This document shows, piece by piece, positions 17,149 through 24,400 of a stretch of DNA of 32,000 nt (within the stretch, counting starts at the first letter, position 1; the number at the start of each line of letters is the position of its first letter). Where the stretch lies: the NCBI RefSeq assembly GCF_035285525.1, contig NZ_JAYKGW010000061.1:30001-62000 (forward strand). The letters run 5' to 3'. The DNA comes from Okeania sp. (GTDB lineage Bacteria > Cyanobacteriota > Cyanobacteriia > Cyanobacteriales > Microcoleaceae). The notes beneath the pieces were generated by a model, which was given only the letters and a program-made list of their open reading frames with translations, was not told where the DNA came from and searched no databases. The translations under genes were made by a program, and so were the position numbers.

Positions 17149-20100
17149 ATGAAAGATTTGGAAGAAAGTATTGTTTATAATCGGCGATCGCTGAAAAGAT
17201 TAATTAGGTCTTTGACTATTTCTCAAGGGCAGTTTTCGTTGGTTTTAGTTGGTTGTAATTATGAATATTTGCAGCAAATAATGATGGCTGAAGTCAGAAA
17301 GTTATCATCTGTGGAGTTGCAAGAAATGGCTTTGCCAACAACTGTGAATAGTTTGTATAGAACCATTGACGAACAATTAGAAAGGTTTCCTAATTCTGCT
17401 GCTGTAATGGTTTTTGATTTACGAAAAGTAGAGAGAGTTGATGAGTTATTAATATCTACTAATCAGGTCAGGGATGAGTTTCGGAAGAAGTTTAATTTTC
17501 CTCTGGTTTTGTGGGTGACGGATGGGTTGTTGGCTAAGTTAATTAGGTTAGCTCCTGATTTTAAAAGTTGGGCAGCGGCTACTATTAAGTTTGAGTTAGG
17601 AACTTCTGATTTAATTCATTTATTAAGGCTAGAGGTTGAGAGTTATTGGGTAAGTGAGTCTGCTAATCAAAAACAATGTTTAATTCCTTTGGTTGACCAA
17701 TCTGTTATGCTTTTGCCTTATTCTTCTGAAGGGTTGTCTAATAGTAAACGTGAAGAGATAGGGTTGGCTCTGGAAGATTTAAAGGGTCGTGGGGAGAATT
17801 TAGAACCTATTTTGGCGGCAAATATAGAGTTTCTTTTGGGTCGAGATGACTATCACAATGAAGAGATAAATTCTGCTATTGATCATTATCAAAGGTGCCT
17901 AAGTTTGTGGAGGTATGAGGTTAGAGAACAATGTTATTTGTATCAACCAGAGTTTCCACAGTTACCAGTTATTAGCAAGACTTTTATTCTGGAACAACAG
18001 GGGATTGTTTTGTATAATATTGCTTTGTGTTATTGTTTGCTGTCTACTCAAAATATTTTAGATAATTCTCAAGAGTTAGAAAGGGCTAAACTGATACTGC
18101 TAGAGGCAAAACAACTTTTTGAAAAGGTTAATAGTTTTACTTTGGTTGCTGAAGTAACTACTACTTTAGGAGGGGTGGTAAAACAGATGAGGTGTTGGCA
18201 AGAGTTAGAAGATTTGGCTTTGGCAGGAATAGAGTTGCATCAAAAGTATGGAAATGAGTTACAAGTAGCGCAAGATTATGGTTTTTTGGCGGAAGTTGCT
18301 CTCCAAAGGTTAAATTGGAGCGCGGCTCAGAGGTTGTCTGAAAAGGCGTTGAATATTTTGTTTTATGCTAAGGATGTAATTTTACCGACTGCCAAAAATA
18401 AATATTTATTATTATTGGCTAAAAGTCTGAAAAATTTATATCGTCAAGTTGAGGCTATTGAATATTTAGAAATAGCTGAGGCTACGGAAAAACAGGCGGT
18501 GGAAAATAGTTTAAAGTTTCAAAAAAATAGAGACCCAAAACTTTATATTGAGATTTTGACGGAGTTGCGCTCGCTTTATTATGAGCAAGGCAGATATTTA
18601 GAGGCATTTCGTTTAAAAAGAGCTTCTAGAGAGGTTGCTCATCAATACGGACTTTTGGCTTTTATTGGTGCATCTCAGTTGCAACCCCAAAGGGGAGTGG
18701 GGGAGTGGGGGAGTGGAGGAGAGGTGGAGATGTGGAGACGGGGGGATTCAGGGATGGGGAGTGTGAAGTCTGTTTCTGCTTTTTATAATTTACCTGTGGA
18801 AATAACTGCTTCTAGTCGGCAAGAGGATATTAATAATCTTGTGGAAAGAGTCTGTCGGGATGATTATAAGTTGACTATTATTCATGGTCGTTCTGGTGTG
18901 GGAAAAAGTTCTTTGGTTAATGCTGGTTTGATTCCGGCTTTAAGTAATATGAGTATTTCGGCGCGAGATACGATGATATTGGTGGTTCAAACATATAAAG
19001 ATTGGTTAGGAACGTTAGGAAGTTCTCTAGAGAAGGCTTTACAAAAAAGAGGTTATTACGGTTATCAGTCACCAGTTAATGGTTGTCAGTCAAGTCAAGA
19101 GTTAGGCTCTCATAATAGGGTTCCCTTAAGGTCAGAGGCTGAAAAAATTATTCCCTATTTGTCTGATATTACGGAGGAGTTTAATTCTAGAGAGTCGTCT
19201 ATTTTGGAGCAAGTTAAAAGGAACGGGGAGAATAGTTTATTAACGGTAATAGTGTTTGACCAGTTGGAGGAGTTTTTCTTTATTAGTAATGGCAGTGTGG
19301 AGAGGGAGGCGTTTTATAGGTTTATTTGTGATTGTTTAAATATGCCTTTTGTGAAGATGATTTTTTCGATGAGGGAAGATTATCTACATTATTTGTTGGA
19401 GTGTGATTTTATTGGCTATTTAGATGTTATTAATAATAATATTTTAGATAAACAAATTCGTTATCATGTGAGAGATTTTTCTAAGAAGGATGCTTATAAT
19501 GTTATAGAATGTTTGACTCGGAGGAGTTGCTTTAATTTAGAACCTCAATTAATTAATGCTATTGTTGAAGGTTTGGCGGATGAGAGGGAGCAAGTTCGCC
19601 CTATAGAGTTACAAGTAGTTGGCAGTCAACTCCAGGAAGAGAAGCCACCAATTAAAACTTTAGAACATTTTCAACAAAAGTTTGGTATTAATCCGAAAAA
19701 GGCAAAGGCTAGATTAATTAAAAAGTTCTTGGAGCAAGTAATAATAGATTGTGGTGAGGAGAATGAGGAGGCTACTATGCAGGTTTTGTATGCACTGACT
19801 AATGAGAATTTAACTAGAGCCAGTCGTACTGAGAAAGAGTTGTTAGAAATAGTTCAAAGATGTATGGAACCGACAAATTTTCTGATAAAAAGTCAGTCTG
19901 GCGATTTTGCTATAAGTCAGTTTAATTATTCGGAAGAAACGAAAAAGTTACTAGATTTAATTTTAGAAATATTAGTAGATTCAGGACTATTATTTGTTCG
20001 CCAAGAGTTTCAGGAAAAATACTATCAGCTAGTTCACGATTATGTAGTAAAACCAATTAGGAATAGGTTTAATTTAGAGGAGAGATTGCAGAGGGCAGAG

Positions 20101-22743
20101 GCAGAAATAAAAAAGGTTGAGATTGCTAAGAATCAGGCAGAAACTGATAAAATAATTAGTCAAAATCAGTTAAATATAGTATTAAAAAGACAGTTGACGG
20201 CGGCGATAGTCGGAATTATATTAATGTCATTTTCTACTATTACGACTTTAGGTTTTTGGCAAAAAGCTATTTTTCAAAAGGAAGTGGCTCAAGCTCAAAG
20301 ACAGTTAGCAAATGCTCAAAAACATCGAGCCGATATTAATAGTATGACGGCTCTTTCGGAGGCTTTATATTTCTCTGGTTATAAGTTTGATGCCCTCATC
20401 GAAAGTATTAAAGCAGGTCAAAAATGGCAAGAAATCAAACAATTATCAATAGAAAATGACCTCTCAAAAGATACAGAATATCGTATAGCAGCTTCCCTAC
20501 AACAAGCAATTTATGGAGTCAATGAATACAATCAATTAGTAGGACATAGCGACGTAGTTTGGAGTGTCATATTTCATCCTGAAAAAAAATTAATAGCTTC
20601 GGCGAGTGCAGATAAAACGATTAAAATATGGAGCAAACAAGGCAAACTAGAAAAAACTTTGACTGACCATACGGACAAAGTTAGCAGAATAAGTTTCAGT
20701 CCTAATGGTCAATATTTAGCTTCGGCTTCCCATGATAAAACGGTAAAAATATGGAACTTTGAACGATTAGAAAATAAACCTATTTCTCTCAAAAGTCATC
20801 GTGATGCGGTAGTCACGGTAAACTTCAGTCCGAACGGTCAAATATTAGCGTCAGGTTCCCTAGACAAAACGATAAAAATTTGGAGCCAAACAGGAATATT
20901 ACTCAGAACAATTAAAACTAAAACAATTATTCAATGGGTAAATTTTCATCCTAATGGCAATATTATAGTTGCTGCCAATCAAAACGGAACAATACAACTA
21001 TGGAATCTCAAAGGGCAACTTTTAACTACTATAAAACATCAAGATAATAATAGTAATCACGCCGTTTATAGCGCTAACTTTTCTCCCGATGGCAAAAAAT
21101 TAGTAACGGCAAGTAGAGATAAAACTATCAAAATTTGGAATTTTTCGGGCAACAAATTGACTTTGAAAAAAACAATAACCGGACACAAAGAACAAATTAT
21201 TAGTGCAGTCTTTTCTCCAGACGGCAAAACTATAGCTTCCTCAAGTATAGACAAAACTATTAAAATTTGGGCTTTAGACGGAACCCTCTTAAAAACCTTC
21301 CTTGGTCATGGAGACACGGTTACTCAAATTAACTTCAGTCCAGATAATCAAACATTAGTTTCAGCTAGTTATGACAAAAGCATTAAACTGTGGAATCTCA
21401 AAAATAGTTCTCTCAATATTCTCAAAGGACATAAACACAGAATTCTTAATGTCACTTTCAGTGCAGATGCTCAAATATTAGCTTCTGCATCCCAAGATAA
21501 TACTATTAAACTTTGGAGTTCCACAGGCAAACAATTGAACACTTTGAGAGGTCATACAGACAGAGTATCTAGCGTCAGTTTTAGTCCAGACAGTCAGATA
21601 CTCGCCTCCGGTAGTTATGACAATACAGTAAAACTATGGTACTTCAACACTCCCCAAAAAAACTGGAGAAAAGAATCAATAAACGAACCTCAAGATTGGC
21701 AATCAGACCACCAAAATAATCAATATTATTTAGAGAATAAAAAGCATCAAAAAAATCAACATTACAACCTAGAAAAAAAAAACAATTGTTTTGTCAGACT
21801 GAGTAATTTTTGTCTGATATCCTTAAACACAACTATCCCCTTTTTTCCAGCAAATCTTTATTCGCCATCACATCAGTTTTCTGAAGAAGAAAAATATTCC
21901 AACTTAATTGAAATTACAGTTGATACTCAACTAAAAACTTGTAGTAAAACAAGATGTTTTCCTAAATCAAATTATCCCCCCTTACCCCCTTTAAAAAAAG
22001 AAGAAACTTATCCAAACCTTCCTCTCAGGAATATCGACCTGGTTGGACATACAGACAGTGTAATGAGTGTCGCTTTTAGTCCTGATAATCAAATTATTGC
22101 CTCTGGTAGCAAAGATAAAACCGTAATGCTATGGAACCGGGAAGGTAAGTGGTTGAAAACTTTACCTGGACATAAAAAATGGGTAAGTAGTGTCAGTTTC
22201 AGTCCCGATGGTAAAATTCTTGCTTCCGCTAGTGATGATGGTACGGTAAAATTATGGACTAATAAAGGTAAATTGCTCAGAACTATCAATGCTCATAATA
22301 GTTGGATTTTAGGAGTAAGCTTTAGTCCAGATGGTCAGGCGATCGCTACTGCTAGTTATGATAATACCGTTAAGCTTTGGAGTCTTGATGGTAAACTACA
22401 GAAAACATTTTTGAAAGGAGCTAGTGATAGTGTCACCAGTGTCAGCTTTAGTCCAGATGGTCAGGTTTTGGCTTCGTCTAGTTATGATGGTAAAGTCAAG
22501 CTCTGGAGTCTGAATGATGGTAGTTTATTAAAAACATTAAGTGGTCATCAGGATAGCGTTATGAGTGTCAGTTTTAGTCCTAATAGTAAATTGTTAGCGT
22601 CTGGGAGTAGAGATAAGACTATTATTTTGTGGGACTTGGCATTAGATGATTTATTAGAAAAAGGTTGTATTTGGGTAGATAATTATTTACGGACTAATCC
22701 TCATGCTTTTCAGAGCAATGGTGAACTTTGTGGAAATAAGTAG
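17149..22743 (+). CDS. Giant multidomain STAND-type NTPase: N-terminal alpha/beta module + TPR-like helices + P-loop NTPase + coiled coil + single TM helix + 14 WD40 repeats
   Basis: 1864-aa uninterrupted ORF. Walker A is IIHGRSGVGKSSLVNAGLIPAL (about aa 578-599) and Walker B is LLTVIVFDQLEEFF (about aa 700). The hydrophobic helix LTAAIVGIILMSFSTITTLGFW lies at about aa 1015-1037. There are nine WD40 units (aa ~1131-1497), then a ~130-aa low-complexity insert, then five more WD40 units. It ends with LDDLLEKGCIWVDNYLRTNP, the typical tail of cyanobacterial NTPase-WD40 proteins. Confidence 0.9.
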   Translation: MKDLEESIVYNRRSLKRLIRSLTISQGQFSLVLVGCNYEYLQQIMMAEVRKLSSVELQEMALPTTVNSLYRTIDEQLERFPNSAAVMVFDLRKVERVDELLISTNQVRDEFRKKFNFPLVLWVTDGLLAKLIRLAPDFKSWAAATIKFELGTSDLIHLLRLEVESYWVSESANQKQCLIPLVDQSVMLLPYSSEGLSNSKREEIGLALEDLKGRGENLEPILAANIEFLLGRDDYHNEEINSAIDHYQRCLSLWRYEVREQCYLYQPEFPQLPVISKTFILEQQGIVLYNIALCYCLLSTQNILDNSQELERAKLILLEAKQLFEKVNSFTLVAEVTTTLGGVVKQMRCWQELEDLALAGIELHQKYGNELQVAQDYGFLAEVALQRLNWSAAQRLSEKALNILFYAKDVILPTAKNKYLLLLAKSLKNLYRQVEAIEYLEIAEATEKQAVENSLKFQKNRDPKLYIEILTELRSLYYEQGRYLEAFRLKRASREVAHQYGLLAFIGASQLQPQRGVGEWGSGGEVEMWRRGDSGMGSVKSVSAFYNLPVEITASSRQEDINNLVERVCRDDYKLTIIHGRSGVGKSSLVNAGLIPALSNMSISARDTMILVVQTYKDWLGTLGSSLEKALQKRGYYGYQSPVNGCQSSQELGSHNRVPLRSEAEKIIPYLSDITEEFNSRESSILEQVKRNGENSLLTVIVFDQLEEFFFISNGSVEREAFYRFICDCLNMPFVKMIFSMREDYLHYLLECDFIGYLDVINNNILDKQIRYHVRDFSKKDAYNVIECLTRRSCFNLEPQLINAIVEGLADEREQVRPIELQVVGSQLQEEKPPIKTLEHFQQKFGINPKKAKARLIKKFLEQVIIDCGEENEEATMQVLYALTNENLTRASRTEKELLEIVQRCMEPTNFLIKSQSGDFAISQFNYSEETKKLLDLILEILVDSGLLFVRQEFQEKYYQLVHDYVVKPIRNRFNLEERLQRAEAEIKKVEIAKNQAETDKIISQNQLNIVLKRQLTAAIVGIILMSFSTITTLGFWQKAIFQKEVAQAQRQLANAQKHRADINSMTALSEALYFSGYKFDALIESIKAGQKWQEIKQLSIENDLSKDTEYRIAASLQQAIYGVNEYNQLVGHSDVVWSVIFHPEKKLIASASADKTIKIWSKQGKLEKTLTDHTDKVSRISFSPNGQYLASASHDKTVKIWNFERLENKPISLKSHRDAVVTVNFSPNGQILASGSLDKTIKIWSQTGILLRTIKTKTIIQWVNFHPNGNIIVAANQNGTIQLWNLKGQLLTTIKHQDNNSNHAVYSANFSPDGKKLVTASRDKTIKIWNFSGNKLTLKKTITGHKEQIISAVFSPDGKTIASSSIDKTIKIWALDGTLLKTFLGHGDTVTQINFSPDNQTLVSASYDKSIKLWNLKNSSLNILKGHKHRILNVTFSADAQILASASQDNTIKLWSSTGKQLNTLRGHTDRVSSVSFSPDSQILASGSYDNTVKLWYFNTPQKNWRKESINEPQDWQSDHQNNQYYLENKKHQKNQHYNLEKKNNCFVRLSNFCLISLNTTIPFFPANLYSPSHQFSEEEKYSNLIEITVDTQLKTCSKTRCFPKSNYPPLPPLKKEETYPNLPLRNIDLVGHTDSVMSVAFSPDNQIIASGSKDKTVMLWNREGKWLKTLPGHKKWVSSVSFSPDGKILASASDDGTVKLWTNKGKLLRTINAHNSWILGVSFSPDGQAIATASYDNTVKLWSLDGKLQKTFLKGASDSVTSVSFSPDGQVLASSSYDGKVKLWSLNDGSLLKTLSGHQDSVMSVSFSPNSKLLASGSRDKTIILWDLALDDLLEKGCIWVDNYLRTNPHAFQSNGELCGNK
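18692..18766 (+). repeat. G-rich STRR-like repeat segment translated in frame inside the giant gene (linker before the P-loop domain)
   Basis: GGGGAGTGGGGGAGTGGGGGAGTGGAGGAGAGGTGGAGATGTGGAGACGGGGGGATTCAGGGATGGGGAGTGTGAAG encodes GVGEWGSGGEVEMWRRGDSGMGSVK. It resembles intergenic arrays at 8411-8460, 13381-13415, 22743-22806 and 25108-25135. Confidence 0.8.
21644..22038 (+). other. About 130-codon AT-rich low-complexity in-frame insert between WD40 blades 9 and 10
   Basis: It has no WD40 signature and an N/Q/K/P-rich translation (NTPQKNWRKESINEPQDWQSDHQNNQYYLENKKHQKNQHYNLEKKNN...PPLPPLKKEETYPNLP). Homopolymers are A7 (21656-21662), A7 (21749-21755), A10 (21773-21782) and A7 (21993-21999). A hairpin-like GTCAGAC..GTCTGAT lies at about 21793-21818. 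Confidence 0.8.
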
Positions 22744-22806
22744 GGGAGTAGGGGAGTGAGGGAGTGAGGGAGTAGGGGAGTGAGGGAGTGAGGGAGTGAG
22801 GGAGAG
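22743..22806 (+). repeat. (GGGGAGTA/GGGAGTGA)n array starting within the stop codon of the giant gene
   Basis: Read directly: TAGGGGAGTAGGGGAGTGAGGGAGTGAGGGAGTAGGGGAGTGAGGGAGTGAGGGAGTGAGGGAGAGG. The TAG stop at 22741-22743 is part of the first unit. Confidence 0.95.
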
Positions 22807-23119
22807 GTTTAGCCAACTTCTTGTCAAAAGCGATCGCTTACTTGCCAGACCCTGAAATGGCTGAAACCTAGATATATCAAGAAAAAGTTTGATTTTAGCT
22901 AAAAGCATTATTCTATAAAGTTTTGACCTTATTTTTAGTCTGTTTTTTCCTCAAGTCCAGTGACTCGCGGGAGCAAGATGCACGGTTCCCGAAAAATCCC
23001 ACTATAATAAATAATTGTATCATTCACCTCTTTAAGAAACTGGGTTGCTCTCAGGGAGTAGGGTTAGTTATCCAATAAATCTTGTTTCTTAATAATCCAA
23101 AGCAAATAGATTTATATTA

Positions 23120-23197
23120 CCTTTTCTTCCTTCTTCTTTCTTCCTTCTTCTTTCTTCCTTCTTCCTTCTTCCTTCTTCCTTCTTCCTTCTTCTTTCT
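23120..23197 (+). repeat. (TTCTTCC/TTCTTCT)n heptamer microsatellite, a 78-nt pure polypyrimidine tract ending 3 nt before the rsmG ATG
   Basis: Read directly: only C and T occur from 23120 to 23197, in about 11 heptamer units. Confidence 0.95.
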
Positions 23198-23200
23198 ACA

Positions 23201-23950
23201 ATGAATGACAATAATAAACAAACTTTACCAGAAATGAATGATGTTTGGCAAGAAACATTAAATTGGCAGCCAACAACACTACAAAAAGAACAATTTCAAA
23301 AACTTTATGAATTAATTATTATTGGCAATAAAAAGTTAAATTTAACTCGAATTACTAACCCGGAAGAATTTTGGGAAAAACATCTTTGGGATTCTCTTCG
23401 AGGGATTAAATTTATCTTAGAAAATCAAATAAATTGGCAAGAGAGAAAAAAGGTTATTGATATTGGTACAGGGGCTGGTTTTCCTGGATTACCAATTGCA
23501 ATTACTCTACCTCAATATGTTGTTAATTTACTTGATTCAACCCATAAAAAAATTAGTTTTATTGAAACAATATTAGCAGAATTAAACATTAAAAATGCTT
23601 TAACTATAACTAACAGAGTTGAACAAATAGGTCGTCTATTTCAATATAGAGAAAACTACGATACTGCACTTTTAAGAGCCGTTGCACCTACAGTTGTCTG
23701 TGCTGAATATGCTTTACCATTATTAAAAATAGGTGGAATAGCAATTTTGTATCGAGGAAATTTCACAACTGATGAACAAGCAAATTTGTCAGAAGTTGTC
23801 AAAATTTTAGGAGGCGAAATAGAGACTATTGAAGAATTTAAAACTCCTTTAAGTAAAAGTATTCGTAATTGTATATATTTGCTAAAAGTAAGAAAAACTC
23901 CCATACATTATCCCCGTGCAGTTGGTGTACCTACTCAAAAACCGCTTTAG
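23201..23950 (+). CDS. rsmG: 16S rRNA (guanine527-N7)-methyltransferase RsmG (GidB)
   Basis: 249-aa ORF with the SAM-binding motif VIDIGTGAGFPGLPIAI, plus LLDS..KK..F and RAVA motifs typical of RsmG. The true start could be a downstream ATG (for example 23234). Confidence 0.9.
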   Translation: MNDNNKQTLPEMNDVWQETLNWQPTTLQKEQFQKLYELIIIGNKKLNLTRITNPEEFWEKHLWDSLRGIKFILENQINWQERKKVIDIGTGAGFPGLPIAITLPQYVVNLLDSTHKKISFIETILAELNIKNALTITNRVEQIGRLFQYRENYDTALLRAVAPTVVCAEYALPLLKIGGIAILYRGNFTTDEQANLSEVVKILGGEIETIEEFKTPLSKSIRNCIYLLKVRKTPIHYPRAVGVPTQKPL

Positions 23951-23962
23951 GGAGTAGGGAGT

Positions 23963-24151
23963 AATACCATTTCTCAAAAAGTTTTCTACATTTGATTGAG
24001 CTGGGGAGCAGGGAAGTAAGGGAGTGGGGGAGAAGTAAAAATCATAAAAATCCACATTAACTTAGCTAAAGTTGGCAAAAAATGATTTGATTTGCGTTAA
24101 TTATTTGATGACTGAAGTATTCCTCAAGTATAACAATAATCTATGGGAATT
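23963..24151 (-). repeat. Dispersed repeat family E, copy 2 (inverted relative to 371-592)
   Basis: The reverse complement reads AATTCCCATAGATTATTGTTATACTTGAGGAATACTTCAGTCATCAAATAATTA...GCTCAATCAAATGTAGAAAACTTTTTGAGAAATGGTATT. Confidence 0.85.
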
Positions 24152-24400
24152 GAGATAAGGAGTAGGGAGTAGGGGAGAGATGTTTGCTTCATTCATTAAA
24201 AAAGCAGGGAACTGAATACTTGCAGTCTTATTTTCTGAATTTATCTTTGAATCCTTGTATAGAAATAATAAAGCCGGATAAATTTCAGTTACAAAGATTA
24301 TTTTTAACTTTTAACTTTTGACTTTTGATTTTTGACTTCCGCATAGCCCGATAAAATCCTGTTTATTAATTCTACTGCAAGTATATTTCAAAGAAAATTT

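Noticed and set aside
22687-22908. 73-aa ORF on the - strand
   Set aside because: Its translation (SLPHSPTPSLPHSPTP) is simply the reverse strand of the (GGGAGTGA)n array, and it overlaps the giant gene's 3' end.
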